Program-made: the position numbers and the translations under genes
Notes under the pieces: generated by a model
Databases searched by the model: none
Told to the model about the DNA's origin: nothing
The model's input: only the letters and a program-made list of their open reading frames with translations
From: Alphaproteobacteria bacterium
GTDB taxonomy: Bacteria > Pseudomonadota > Alphaproteobacteria > MPNO01
Assembly (NCBI GenBank): GCA_964291675.2
Contig: OZ219865.1
Coordinates: forward strand, 768,001 to 832,000
Direction: 5' to 3'
DNA length: 64,000 bases
Part shown: positions 51,490 through 61,575 of the stretch, piece by piece
Layout of the letters: every line of letters starts with the position of its first letter
Position numbering within the stretch: the stretch's first letter is position 1

Positions 51490-53637
51490 ATGCCGGTTCC
51501 GACCACCTGCTGGGAGTGCAGCACGCGCTGCGGCGCGCTGGTCACGCTGGAGGGCGGCGCGGTCGCCAAGGTCGGGCCAAACGCCGACCACCCGGGCTCG
51601 AAGGGCGCGTTCTGCGTCAAGGGCATCCGCGGCATGCGCGAGCTGACCGACCACCCGGACCGGCTGGTCCGCCCGATGCGGCGGCGCGGGGAGCGCGGCG
51701 CCGGCGAGTGGGAGGAGATCGGCTGGGACACGGCGCTGGAGACCGTCGCCGACCGGCTGCTCGCGGTGCGCGCGGAGCACGGGCCGCTCGCGCTGATCGG
51801 CGCGGTGTCGTCGGCCTTCTTCAGCCGGGGCGCCATGGTGGCGCTGCTGATGCGCGCGCTGGGCTCGCCCAACTGGATGATGAACCAGGATCTGTGCGGC
51901 GGCTGCCGGGCGTTGAGCGACAAGCTGACCGGTCTCGCCGCGATCGGCGGCGAGGACATCGAGAACACGCGCTGCGCGCTGATCGTCGGGCGCAACCCGT
52001 CGGCCGCAGATGCCGCGCAGTGGCAGGCGCTCAAGCGGGCCAAGGCGAACGGCGCGCGGACGGTGGTGATCGACCCCGCGCGCACCCCGGCTGCGAAGGG
52101 CGCCGATCTCTGGCTCCGCCCCCGCCCCGGCACCGACGCGGCGGTCGCGCTCGGCATGATCAACGCGACCATCGCCCGGAAACTGTACGACGCCGAATTC
52201 GTCGAGCGCTGGTGCCACGGCTTCGACGCGCTGAAGGCGCGCGCCGCGCGCTACACGCCGGACGAGGCGGCGAGGCTCTCCGGCGTCCCGGCGGACGACA
52301 TCGTGAGCGCCGCCCGCCTCTACGCCGACGGGCCGTCCACCTTCGTCAGCGGGCACGGCATCGACGCCTTCTCCGGCGGCGTCCAGACCTTCCGCGCCTT
52401 CCACGCGCTGGTCGCGATCAGCGGCAATCTCGACCGGCGGGGCGGCAATATCCGGGTCAAGCGGCCGGCCGGGTTCCGCAACTATATCGAGCTCTTGCAC
52501 GACCCCGCCTTCCGCCTGCCGCCCGAGGTGGAGGCCGAGACCATCGGGCGCGAACGGTTCCCGCTCTGGGCCGGGCCGGAGGGCTGGCAGACCGCCTGCC
52601 ACAACCCGACGGCGATCGAGGCGATGCTGACCGGCCAACCCTACCCGGTGCGCGCGATGTATCTCAGCGGCGTCAACATCGCCGTCACCTACCCCGATAC
52701 GCGAAGGACCGTCGAGGCGCTGCGCTCGCTCGACTTCCTCTGCGTCGTCAGCCACTCGATGACCCCGACGGCGGCGCTCGCCGACATCGTGCTGCCCAAG
52801 ACCACCGGGCTGGAGGAGGAGGAGATCTCGCTCGACATGTCGGGGCCCTGCGTGAGCTACACGAGGCCGGTGACGCCGGCGCGCGGCGAGGCGCGGTCGG
52901 ATTTCGAGATCGCCACGGCGCTCGCCGACCTTCTGGAGGCGCGCGGCATCGCGGCGCGCAAATTCCTGCCCTGGCAGAGCAAGCGCGCGTTCAACGCCTT
53001 CCTGCTGGGCGACAACGGCATCTCCTTCGAGGAGCTGGAACGGAAGGGTTTTGCGCATTTCCCCCATGAGCTGGGGAATTTCGAGCAGGCCGGGTTCCGC
53101 ACGCCGACCGGCAGGATCGAGCTTTTCTCCGAGACGCTGGCCCGGCTCGGCCTCGACCCGCTGCCCGATTTCGTGCCGCCGAGGGCGGAGCGCGTCGCCC
53201 CGGCGGTGCGCGCGGACTACCCGCTGATCCTGCTCACCGGCGCGCGCGAAAAGGCCTACCACCACTCGCGCTACCGCGACCATGCGTGGGCGCGCAAGGT
53301 CTCGCCCTACCCGCGGCTGCAGATCCACCCCGACACCGCTGCGGCGCTGGCGCTGGCGGCCGACGACTGGGTCGAGGTGGAGACGCCGGACGCCGGCGGC
53401 GCGTGCGCCCTCCGCGTCTCGGTGACCGAGGACACCGCGCCCGGCGTGGTGCGCACCGGCATGGGCTGGTGGCTGCCGGAGGCGCCGGGGCCGGATTTCG
53501 GCGCGTTCTCGGTCAACATCAACGCCGCCATGTCCTATGGCGGGCCGTGGGACCCGGTGACCGGCTCGGCGGATACGCGCGGCCTGCTCTGCCGCATCCG
53601 CCCGCTGCCCGACGGCGCGGCGCCGCCGATCGCATGA
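51490..53637 (+). CDS. Mo/W-bisPGD oxidoreductase, acetylene-hydratase-like subfamily
   Basis: CWECSTRCG...FCVKG 4Fe-4S site, PGTDAA.ALGM, ADIVLP, GWWLPE, DPVTG; no Tat signal. Confidence 0.8.
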   Translation: MPVPTTCWECSTRCGALVTLEGGAVAKVGPNADHPGSKGAFCVKGIRGMRELTDHPDRLVRPMRRRGERGAGEWEEIGWDTALETVADRLLAVRAEHGPLALIGAVSSAFFSRGAMVALLMRALGSPNWMMNQDLCGGCRALSDKLTGLAAIGGEDIENTRCALIVGRNPSAADAAQWQALKRAKANGARTVVIDPARTPAAKGADLWLRPRPGTDAAVALGMINATIARKLYDAEFVERWCHGFDALKARAARYTPDEAARLSGVPADDIVSAARLYADGPSTFVSGHGIDAFSGGVQTFRAFHALVAISGNLDRRGGNIRVKRPAGFRNYIELLHDPAFRLPPEVEAETIGRERFPLWAGPEGWQTACHNPTAIEAMLTGQPYPVRAMYLSGVNIAVTYPDTRRTVEALRSLDFLCVVSHSMTPTAALADIVLPKTTGLEEEEISLDMSGPCVSYTRPVTPARGEARSDFEIATALADLLEARGIAARKFLPWQSKRAFNAFLLGDNGISFEELERKGFAHFPHELGNFEQAGFRTPTGRIELFSETLARLGLDPLPDFVPPRAERVAPAVRADYPLILLTGAREKAYHHSRYRDHAWARKVSPYPRLQIHPDTAAALALAADDWVEVETPDAGGACALRVSVTEDTAPGVVRTGMGWWLPEAPGPDFGAFSVNINAAMSYGGPWDPVTGSADTRGLLCRIRPLPDGAAPPIA

Positions 53638-54095
53638 CCGGGCGCATCGAGGCGCGGCTCGCCGAGCTCGGACTCGACCTGCCCGAGCCCTTCGCCTACC
53701 CGTCCGCCAACCGCACCGGCTGCGTCGAGGCGGGCAGTCTGCTGTTCGTCTCCGGCCACCCGCCGCCGGCCAGCCTCGGCGCGGCGATGCGCGGCAAGGT
53801 GGACGCCGAAATCTCCGAGGCGGAGGCCTACGACGCGGCGAAGAAGACGGCGCTCAACATCCTCGCCTCGGTCGCGCGCCATCTCGGCTCGCTCGACCGG
53901 GTCCGCCGGGTGGTCAAGCTCAACGGCTACGTCAACTCGTCCGCCGGCTTCGAGCGCCAGTTCGCGGTGATCGACGGCGCGTCGGACCTGCTCTACGCCC
54001 TGTTCCCCGAGCCGCATGCGCGCACCGCAATCGGCGTCGCCGAGCTGCCGCGCGGCTTCCCCATCGAGATCGAGGCGGTGTTCGAGATCGCGTAG
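53634..54095 (+). CDS. RidA/YjgF family protein
   Basis: LFVSGH, VVKLNGYVNS, GASDLL, HARTAIGV..LP. Confidence 0.9.
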   Translation: MTGRIEARLAELGLDLPEPFAYPSANRTGCVEAGSLLFVSGHPPPASLGAAMRGKVDAEISEAEAYDAAKKTALNILASVARHLGSLDRVRRVVKLNGYVNSSAGFERQFAVIDGASDLLYALFPEPHARTAIGVAELPRGFPIEIEAVFEIA

Positions 54096-54163
54096 CCGGC
54101 CGGGCGGTTTCCGGCCCGCGCGGTTCCGACTATTCTGCGGCGCGGCATCGGGGGAGGATCGCG

Positions 54164-55633
54164 GTGGCCGAGGGCAATCTGCGCGAGCTCAGGAATTTCG
54201 TCGGCGGCGCGTTCGTCGCGTCGGGCAGCACGTTCGAGAACGTCACCCCGGTCGACAACACGCTGATCGCGCTGGTGCACGAGGCCGACCGGGCGATCGT
54301 CGACCGCGCCGTCGACGCCGCGCGGGACGCCTATTACGGCGCATGGGGCGGGCTGACGACGGAACAGCGCTGCAACCTGCTCTATGCTGTGGCAGACGGG
54401 ATCGAGTCCCGCTTCGACGAGTTCGTCGACGCCGAGTGCGCCGACACGGGCAAGCCCAAATCCCTCGCCAGCCATCTCGACATCCCGCGCGGGGCGGCCA
54501 ATTTCCGCATCTTCGCCGACCTCATCAAGTCGGTCGGCACCGAGGCCTATATGCAGGAGACGCCGGACGGGCGGGGCGCGGTGAACTACTCGGTGCGCCA
54601 GCCGCACGGGGTGGTGGGCGTCATCTCGCCCTGGAACCTGCCGCTGCTCTTGTCGACCTGGAAGCTGGCGCCTGCGATGGCGTCGGGCAACGCGGTCATC
54701 CTGAAGCCGTCCGAGGAGACGCCGACGACCGCGACGCTGCTGGCCGAGGTGATGCAGCAGGCGGGGATTCCCAACGGCGCGTTCAACGTCGTGCACGGCT
54801 TCGGTCCCGATTCGGCGGGCGAGCTGATCACCCGGCATCCGGGCATCCACGCCATCACCTTCACCGGCGAGACCGCGACCGGGCGCGAGATCATGAAAGC
54901 CGCATCCGGCAACATCAAGGCGCTCTCCTTCGAGCTCGGCGGCAAGAACCCGGCCATCGTGTTCGCCGACGCCGATTTCGACGCGGCGATCGACGGCACC
55001 GCGCGCTCGGTATTCGCCAATACCGGCCAGGTCTGCCTGAGCTCCGAGCGGGTCTATGTCGAACGGCCGATCTACGACCGCTTCGTCGATGCGCTGAAGG
55101 CGCGCGGCGAGGCCATGGTCATCGGCCGGCCGGAGGACCCGGCGACCCAGATGGGCTCGCTGATCTCCCGCGAGCATCGCGACAAGGTGACGTCCTACTA
55201 CGCGCTGGCCCAAGACCTCGGCGCGGAAACGGTGACCGGCGGCGGCATCCCCACTTTCGGCGACGAGCGCGACGCCGGCGCCTTCGTCCAGCCCACCATC
55301 TTCACCGGGCTCGCCGAGGACTCGCGGGTGCAGAAGGAGGAGATCTTCGGTCCGGTCTGCCACGTCACGCCGTTCGACGACGAGGACGAGGCCGTCGCCA
55401 TGGCGAACGACACCGAGTACGGGCTCGCCTCGGTGGTCTGGACCACCGACCTGTCGCGCGGCCACCGGGTGAGCCAGGCGATGGAGGCTGGGATCAACTG
55501 GGTCAATTGCTGGTTCCTGCGCGACCTGCGCACGCCGTTCGGCGGCATGGGGCTGAGCGGCATCGGCCGCGAGGGCGGCCAGCACGCGCTCAACTTCTAC
55601 TCCGAGCAGAAGAACATCTGCGTCAAGCTGTAG
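54164..55633 (+). CDS. dmpC: 2-hydroxymuconic (or 2-aminomuconic) semialdehyde dehydrogenase
   Basis: DIPRGAANF, SPWNLP, FTGETATG, FELGGKN, GQVCL, WFLRDLRTPFGG, NICVKL. Confidence 0.92.
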   Translation: MAEGNLRELRNFVGGAFVASGSTFENVTPVDNTLIALVHEADRAIVDRAVDAARDAYYGAWGGLTTEQRCNLLYAVADGIESRFDEFVDAECADTGKPKSLASHLDIPRGAANFRIFADLIKSVGTEAYMQETPDGRGAVNYSVRQPHGVVGVISPWNLPLLLSTWKLAPAMASGNAVILKPSEETPTTATLLAEVMQQAGIPNGAFNVVHGFGPDSAGELITRHPGIHAITFTGETATGREIMKAASGNIKALSFELGGKNPAIVFADADFDAAIDGTARSVFANTGQVCLSSERVYVERPIYDRFVDALKARGEAMVIGRPEDPATQMGSLISREHRDKVTSYYALAQDLGAETVTGGGIPTFGDERDAGAFVQPTIFTGLAEDSRVQKEEIFGPVCHVTPFDDEDEAVAMANDTEYGLASVVWTTDLSRGHRVSQAMEAGINWVNCWFLRDLRTPFGGMGLSGIGREGGQHALNFYSEQKNICVKL

Positions 55634-55637
55634 GGGG
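55609..55637 (+). repeat. Direct repeat copy 1 (dmpC 3' end)
   Basis: GAAGAACATCTGCGTCAAGCTGTAGGGGG; 27/29 identical to 57030-57058. Confidence 0.9.
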
Positions 55638-55756
55638 AGGCGGGCGCCTGAGGCGTCCAACCGCTTCACCGAGCGGGAGCGGCCGTTTGCGAGGTGCGGC
55701 AAGCCGTCCGATCGCCATGGCGCAGGCGGGGCGCGGCAATGACAGTCCGCATTCCG

Positions 55757-56038
55757 TCAGGGATTGGCAAGAACCCTGTCGTGATCCCCAACGTTGCGCA
55801 GAATGCAGGTTCCGTCATCCGTGACTTCAAATGTCATCCGAATGGCCTCGGTAACGCGAATGGCCCAAACCTTCTTCTGTGCCTGGACTCTCTTGGGATT
55901 ACGGCTGGCAGGAAGAGTCCCGGTGTTCGTCAGTTGACGGAGGGCGTCATCGACTGCGGTCCGATGTCGGTGGGATAGCTTTCGATAGGCTTTCCTGAAA
56001 CGCGCAAGGCGCTTGAACCTCTTGATACCCAGAGCCAC
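55757..56038 (-). CDS. RelE/ParE-superfamily toxin-like protein
   Basis: Basic 93 aa; RFRKAYRKL, WAIRV..AIRMTF, LRNVGDHD. Confidence 0.8.
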   Translation of the reverse strand: MALGIKRFKRLARFRKAYRKLSHRHRTAVDDALRQLTNTGTLPASRNPKRVQAQKKVWAIRVTEAIRMTFEVTDDGTCILRNVGDHDRVLANP

Positions 56039-56041
56039 GCC

Positions 56042-56554
56042 CTAGTTGCTCTTCAGGTCGGCAATCAAGTCCTCGACGTCCTCGAATACCCTGTTCTCCG
56101 GCTGTTCAAGGTCCGCGTCATGCTCCATGACGGCCCAGCGTAGATCCACCATTGCGTCGTGCAGTTTCTGGAACGCATGGATGGCGGCTTCGCTGCTGCC
56201 ACACATTGCCTCGACATGGTCATCGGCAATGGCGGGCGTTTTCAACGTCTCGACGATTTCATGCAGAGTAGAGATCGAGTGCTTTACGACACCTTCGGCG
56301 GAGCCGGCTCGTGACGCAAGGTCGCCCGTCGGATCGATTGGCTCCTCGAATCCGTCATTCTCGGATAGCCAAGCCAGAACTTGCCTGATTGCCAGCTCCG
56401 CGGTCTCCGCGTTGTTGCGCATATTGGTAGATACATCGACGAAGGCGTCCACCACGCGCAGTATCCGCAAATAGTGAATTGAGAACCGCGAGTCGGCTAC
56501 CACCTTTTCATAAATGATGTCCAGGCGAGGGATAGAACGCTGAATGCCGGGCAT
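56042..56554 (-). CDS. Acidic hypothetical protein, probable antitoxin
   Basis: Ends 3 nt before the toxin start; acidic tail ADLEQPENRVFEDVEDLIADLK; start uncertain (56554 or 56422). Confidence 0.6.
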   Translation of the reverse strand: MPGIQRSIPRLDIIYEKVVADSRFSIHYLRILRVVDAFVDVSTNMRNNAETAELAIRQVLAWLSENDGFEEPIDPTGDLASRAGSAEGVVKHSISTLHEIVETLKTPAIADDHVEAMCGSSEAAIHAFQKLHDAMVDLRWAVMEHDADLEQPENRVFEDVEDLIADLKSN

Positions 56555-57029
56555 GAGATTGTCCAACTTATGGTCTCGCCATTCTATGGTTCGGCTGCGT
56601 CGTGCGGTGGCCGCCCCTCCCTGCCATCGCAGGCGGCGATCCGCGCCAAGGGCTCGGGCGTGGTGTCGATGCTCAACATCGCCTGAGACATCGCGTCCCC
56701 TTTGGGCAGGCGGAAGCATCGCCGATCGCGCCTGCCCGTGCAACCACGGAGCGATACCGTGTCGCATGGGCAGGCACGGCCACACGCACAAGTCTCGCCA
56801 CGCGTCCAACTCTTCCGTTGCTTGCTCCAGGCAGGGATCGCTGCGACCGGATCTGGCCCGGAAACCGGAACCTCCCCATCCCCTGTTGTGCTGTTCCGCC
56901 GGACCCTATACAGAGGGTGCGGCAGTTACCGCGCGAAATCGCGGGTGGCAACATGCGGGAAACAGCCCGAGGCGGATGGGGAATGCCGAGTAAAATCAAG
57001 AGGCTAGCGCCTGTCTGCCGATCAAGGCG

Positions 57030-57058
57030 GAAGAACGTCGGCGTCAAGCTGTAGGGGG
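57030..57058 (+). repeat. Direct repeat copy 2 (orphan dmpC 3' end)
   Basis: GAAGAACGTCGGCGTCAAGCTGTAGGGGG, 6 nt before the hydratase ATG. Confidence 0.9.
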
Positions 57059-57064
57059 CGGGGC

Positions 57065-57850
57065 ATGAGCGAAGAGGCGATCACCAGGGCGGCCGCCGAC
57101 ATCCGCAGGGCGTGGGAGGACGGGGCGCCCATCGAGCCGGTGCGCGACGCGCTGCCCGACGGCGACGTGGACGCCGCCTATCGGGTGCAGCAGACCAATA
57201 CCGGGCATTGGGTGAAGCAGGGAAGGCGCATCGTCGGGCGCAAGATCGGGCTCACCGCCAAGGCGGTGCAGCTTCAGCTCGGCGTCGACCAGCCGGATTA
57301 CGGCATGCTGTTCGCCGACATGTGCATCGTCGACGGCGAGGAGATCGAACCCGGCCGCGTGCTCCAGCCGCGCTGCGAGGCAGAGGTGGCGCTCATTCTG
57401 CATTCGGCGCTCGACCGCGAGCAGCTTACGCTCGTCGATGTGATCGACTCGGTGGCCTACGCGCTGCCGGCGATCGAGGTGGTGGGCTCGCGCATCGCCG
57501 GCTGGAACATAAACATCGTCGACACCGTCGCCGACAACGCCTCGTCGGGCCTGTTCGTGCTCGGCACCCGGCCGGTCATGCTCGACGACCTCGATTTGCG
57601 CGAGTGCGGCATGGTGATGGAGAACAAGGGCGACCAGGTCTCGATCGGCGCCGGCGTCGCCTGCCTCGGCAACCCGCTGAACGCCGCGCTCTGGCTCGCC
57701 CGCAAGATGGTCGAGGTGGGCACGCCGCTCCAGGTGGGCGACGTGATCATGACCGGCGCGCTCGGGCCCATGGCGCCGGTCGCGGCGGGCGACGTGATGG
57801 AGGCCAGGATCGAGGGGCTGGGCTCGGTCAGGGCCGCCTTCGCCGGCTGA
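57065..57850 (+). CDS. mhpD: 2-keto-4-pentenoate hydratase
   Basis: [42 protein letters not shown]. Confidence 0.93.
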   Translation: MSEEAITRAAADIRRAWEDGAPIEPVRDALPDGDVDAAYRVQQTNTGHWVKQGRRIVGRKIGLTAKAVQLQLGVDQPDYGMLFADMCIVDGEEIEPGRVLQPRCEAEVALILHSALDREQLTLVDVIDSVAYALPAIEVVGSRIAGWNINIVDTVADNASSGLFVLGTRPVMLDDLDLRECGMVMENKGDQVSIGAGVACLGNPLNAALWLARKMVEVGTPLQVGDVIMTGALGPMAPVAAGDVMEARIEGLGSVRAAFAG

Positions 57851-57861
57851 GGAGAGGGAGC

Positions 57862-58785
57862 ATGAAGACAAGGGTTGCGATCGTCGGTTCCGGCAATATC
57901 GGCACCGATCTGATGATCAAGATCCTCGAGACCTCGGACGCCCTGGAGATGGGCGCGCTGGTCGGCATCGACCCCGACTCGGACGGCCTCGCCCGCGCCC
58001 GCTCGAAGGGCGTCGCCACCACCCACGAGGGGCTGGAAGGGCTAACGCGGATGGCCGAATGGGCCGGTATCGAGATCGTCTTCGATGCCACCTCGGCGGG
58101 CGCGCACGCGGCCAACGCGAAGATCTGCCTGGAGCACGGCAAGACCGTAATCGACCTCACCCCCGCCGCCATCGGCCCCTATGTCGTGCCGGTGGTCAAC
58201 ATGGACGAGCATCTCGATGCGCCCAACATCAACATGGTCTCCTGCGGCGGCCAGGCGACCATCCCCATCGTGCACGCGGTCGACCGCGTGGCCCGGGTGC
58301 ATTACGGCGAGATCGTGGCCTCCATCGCCTCCAAATCGGCCGGGCCCGGCACGCGCGCCAATATCGACGAGTTCACCGAGACCACGTCGAAGGGGATCGA
58401 GGCGGTGGGCGGCGCCGAGCGCGGCAAGGCGATCATCGTGCTCAACCCGGCCGAGCCGCCGCTGCTGATGCGCGACACCATCTACATCCTGAGCGAGGAC
58501 GGCGACACCGACGCAATCGTGAAATCGATCGGGGACATGGTGGCCGAGGTGCAGGCCTATGTGCCGGGCTACCGGCTCAAGCAGGACGTGCAGTTCGAGC
58601 GCTTCGGCTCCAACAACCCGCTGCGCATCCCCGGGCTCGGCGAGTTCACCGGCATCAAGTCCTCGGTGTTCCTCGAGGTCGAGGGCGCCGGCCACTATCT
58701 GCCGACCTATGCCGGCAATCTCGACATCATGACCTCGGCCGCGCTCAAGACCGCCGAACGGCTGGTCGAGCGCCGCGCGGGCTGA
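57862..58785 (+). CDS. mhpF: Acetaldehyde dehydrogenase (acylating)
   Basis: [43 protein letters not shown]. Confidence 0.97.
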   Translation: MKTRVAIVGSGNIGTDLMIKILETSDALEMGALVGIDPDSDGLARARSKGVATTHEGLEGLTRMAEWAGIEIVFDATSAGAHAANAKICLEHGKTVIDLTPAAIGPYVVPVVNMDEHLDAPNINMVSCGGQATIPIVHAVDRVARVHYGEIVASIASKSAGPGTRANIDEFTETTSKGIEAVGGAERGKAIIVLNPAEPPLLMRDTIYILSEDGDTDAIVKSIGDMVAEVQAYVPGYRLKQDVQFERFGSNNPLRIPGLGEFTGIKSSVFLEVEGAGHYLPTYAGNLDIMTSAALKTAERLVERRAG

Positions 58786-58802
58786 TGTCCCGGTTGCGCA
58801 GC

Positions 58803-58930
58803 GTGGATGCCCGGATCACCCCCGGACTCGTTCCGGGGGCCAGCCATGACGGAGAGGAGACGTCGGTGTGGAAAGGCCCGCCCTCGCTCCCCTCCCTCGT
58901 CATGCCCGGACTTGATCCGGGCACCCATGC
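58803..58930. repeat. Family-A REP pair between mhpF and dmpG
   Basis: GGATGCCCGGATCACCCCCGGACTCGTTCCGGGGGCCAGCCATGAC ... GTCATGCCCGGACTTGATCCGGGCACCC. Confidence 0.88.
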
Positions 58931-59021
58931 AGCCTCCGCCCGCACGACCGCCGGACGGGAGAGGTGGCGGCGCCAGTGGGTGCACGCCGAACTCTGAAAC
59001 ACGACGCTGAGGAGACCCGCC

Positions 59022-60065
59022 ATGGCCCTCGACCCGGAGAAGAAGATCTACATCCAGGACGTGACGCTGCGCGACGGCATGCACGCGATCCGCCACCAAT
59101 ACGGCCTGCACCACGTGACGGCGATCTGCAAGGCGCTCGACGACGCCAGGGTCGACGCCATCGAGGTGAGCCACGGCGACGGGCTCGCCGGGATGTCGTT
59201 CAACTACGGCTTCGCCGCCCATTCCGACATCGAGTATATCGAGGTCGCCGCCGATGCCGTCGAGCACGCGAAGATCGCGACGCTCCTGATCCCCGGCATC
59301 GGCACCGTCACCGACCTCAAGGACGCCTTCGATGCCGGCGCGCGGTCGGTCCGCATCGCCACCCACTGCACGGAGGCCGACATCGCCAGGCAGCACATCG
59401 AGTACGCCCGCGAAATCGGCATGGACGTGGCCGGCTTCCTGATGATGGCGCACATGATCCCGGCCGGCGAGCTGGTCGAGCAGGCGAAGCTGATGGAGGC
59501 CTATGGCGCGCACTGCGTCTACGTCACCGATTCGGGCGGCGCGCTGCTGATGGGCGACACCGCCGACCGCTTCGCCGCCTTCCGCGACGGGCTCAGGCCC
59601 GAGACCCAGCTCGGCATCCACGCCCACCACAATCTCAGCCTCGGCGTCGCCAACACCATCATCGCGCTGGAATACGGCGTGACCCGGGTCGACGCCTCGC
59701 TCGCCGGCATGGGGGCGGGCGCCGGCAACACCCCGCTCGAGGTCTTCATCGCCGTCGCCGACCGCGCCGGGCTCAACCACGGCTGCGATCTGTGGGCGCT
59801 GATGGACGCGGCGGAAGAGCTGGTCCGCCCGCTGCAGGACCGCCCGGTCCGGGTCGACCGCGAGACGCTGGCGCTCGGCTATACCGGCTCCTATTCGAGC
59901 TTCCTGCGCCACGCCGAGACCGCGTCGCAGACCTACGGCATCGACACGAGAGACATCCTGGTCGAGCTTGGCCGGAGGCGCATGGTGGGCGGCCAGGAGG
60001 ACATGATCGTCGACGTGGCGCTCGACCTCGCCAACGCCCGCGACGCCGCCCGCAAGGAGGCCTGA
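59022..60065 (+). CDS. dmpG: 4-hydroxy-2-oxovalerate aldolase
   Basis: [36 protein letters not shown]. Confidence 0.97.
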   Translation: MALDPEKKIYIQDVTLRDGMHAIRHQYGLHHVTAICKALDDARVDAIEVSHGDGLAGMSFNYGFAAHSDIEYIEVAADAVEHAKIATLLIPGIGTVTDLKDAFDAGARSVRIATHCTEADIARQHIEYAREIGMDVAGFLMMAHMIPAGELVEQAKLMEAYGAHCVYVTDSGGALLMGDTADRFAAFRDGLRPETQLGIHAHHNLSLGVANTIIALEYGVTRVDASLAGMGAGAGNTPLEVFIAVADRAGLNHGCDLWALMDAAEELVRPLQDRPVRVDRETLALGYTGSYSSFLRHAETASQTYGIDTRDILVELGRRRMVGGQEDMIVDVALDLANARDAARKEA

Positions 60066-60068
60066 GCC

Positions 60069-60842
60069 ATGACCGATGTGGCAATCGCGCCGCTCGCCGA
60101 AGCCGTCGACACCGCCGCGATGAACGCCGAGGCGATCCCGCAGATCTCCGAGACCGTCGAGATCACGCCCGAGCAGGGCTACGACATCCAGGCCGCCTCG
60201 ATCCTGCGCCGCGTCGAGCGCGGGGAGCGGCGCATCGGCGTCAAGATGGGCTTCACCAGCCGCGCCAAGATGGTCCAGATGGGCATCTCGGACATGATCT
60301 GGGGCCGGCTGACGAACGGGATGATCGTGGAGGACGGCGATTCGATCTCGATGGCGGATTACGTCCACCCCAGGGCCGAGCCCGAGATCGCCTTCCTGCT
60401 GAACCGGCCGCTCGAAGCCCCGGTCACCGCGGCCGAGGCGATGGCCGCCGTCGAGGCGGTGGCGCCGGCGATCGAGATCATCGATTCGCGCTACCGCGAC
60501 TTCAAGTTCTCGCTCGCCGACGTGGTGGCCGACAACTGCTCGTCGTCCGGCATCGTGGTCGGCGCCTGGCAGTCGGTCGACGCCGACCTCACCAATCTCG
60601 GCATGATCCTGGAGATCGACGGCAGGCCGCGCCAGATCGGCTCGTCCGCCGCCATCCTGGGCAACCCGGCACGCTCGCTGGTCGCCGCCGCGCGCCTGTC
60701 CACCGCCGCCGGCGAGCCCCTGGAGCCCGGCTGGATCGTCATGGCCGGCGGCGCCACCGCCGCCGAGGCGCTGTCGGTCGGCGACTACGTGCGCAACACC
60801 GTGCAGCGGCTGGGCGCGGTCGGGTTCTCCGTCACCGCGTGA
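60069..60842 (+). CDS. dmpH: 4-oxalocrotonate decarboxylase
   Basis: GVKMGFTSRAKM.QMG, HPRAEPE, IIDSRY.DFKFSL.DV.ADN. Confidence 0.9.
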   Translation: MTDVAIAPLAEAVDTAAMNAEAIPQISETVEITPEQGYDIQAASILRRVERGERRIGVKMGFTSRAKMVQMGISDMIWGRLTNGMIVEDGDSISMADYVHPRAEPEIAFLLNRPLEAPVTAAEAMAAVEAVAPAIEIIDSRYRDFKFSLADVVADNCSSSGIVVGAWQSVDADLTNLGMILEIDGRPRQIGSSAAILGNPARSLVAAARLSTAAGEPLEPGWIVMAGGATAAEALSVGDYVRNTVQRLGAVGFSVTA

Positions 60843-60876
60843 GGGGCGCGATTCCGCCTTTCCGCCACGCCCTCCC

Positions 60877-61110
60877 CCGTCATGGCCCGGCCCCCGGATC
60901 AAGTCCGGGGGTGATCCGGGCATCCACTGGCGCCGCCGCTCCTTCCGACGGGGCGTTGTACCGGTGGCGCCAGTGGTTGCGCGGATCAAGTCCGCGCATG
61001 GGTGGCCGGATCAAGTCCGGCCATGACGAGGTGGTGGTCGCGGTGGAGGAGTACGGGAGCCGGGTGCGGCCCGCCCTGCCCGTGGGTGCCCGGAACGAGG
61101 CCGGGGTGAC
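60877..61110. repeat. Family-A REP/BIME cluster, left of the IS110
   Basis: 60877-61073 is an inverted counterpart of 63043-63222, including spacer sequence. Confidence 0.88.
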
Positions 61111-61328
61111 AACGGAGGGGCAGGGACGGCAAGTGCGGGCGTGCGGCGATCCGTGTCCCGATCCGGCGGATGCGCCGATATCCCGCCCGGAACAAGGCTT
61201 TGCGCCCCGTCCAGCGCATCTAAACCGTCATGGTCTCGGCGGTGCTGAGCCACCCCGTGGCATGAAACTCGGGGCGTTCGGCTGAGGGTTTGCCGATCGT
61301 CGCGCGGGTCTGCCGTGGCAGGATGGGA

Positions 61329-61552
61329 ATGGTGGAGGCGGCGACGCGTGAGCGTTCCGTTTATCGGTGATGTGGTTCCCGAGATATAAACTGCTTCCGG
61401 CGGTCGGCTCCGCACCCCGTACTGTGCCCGGCCCGCGGCCGTGGACGCGCGGCAAATCGAACCGCACCCGCTCGACGGGTGCGTGTCCTTCCGACCGCTG
61501 TCCCCGCCTCCACCGTGGCGATGCCACGGCGCGATCCTACGCCGCCGTGGCG
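61329..61552 (+). ncRNA. Candidate bridge/seek RNA in the IS110 left non-coding end
   Basis: Nested stems GGTGGAGGCGG(61331)/CCGCCTCCACC(61504), GCGGTCGG(61400)/CCGACCGC(61491) and CACCCG/CGGGTG(61465-61481); position upstream of an IS110 ORF; ends not determined. Confidence 0.6.
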
Positions 61553-61575
61553 AGAGCGCAACGAGGAGGACAGCG

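Noticed and set aside
56621-56686. LPSQAAIRAKGSGVVSMLNIA* as another stranded gene tail
   Set aside because: Looks coding-like but cannot be matched to any family or to a gene in this window.
61254-61268. Alternative IS1111-like left end defined by sub-terminal IR TGGCATGAAAC / GTTTCACGGCA
   Set aside because: The imperfect IR is real (9/11), but this boundary does not restore the target seen empty at 46461, whereas the AACCG boundary does. Kept only as a less likely alternative.
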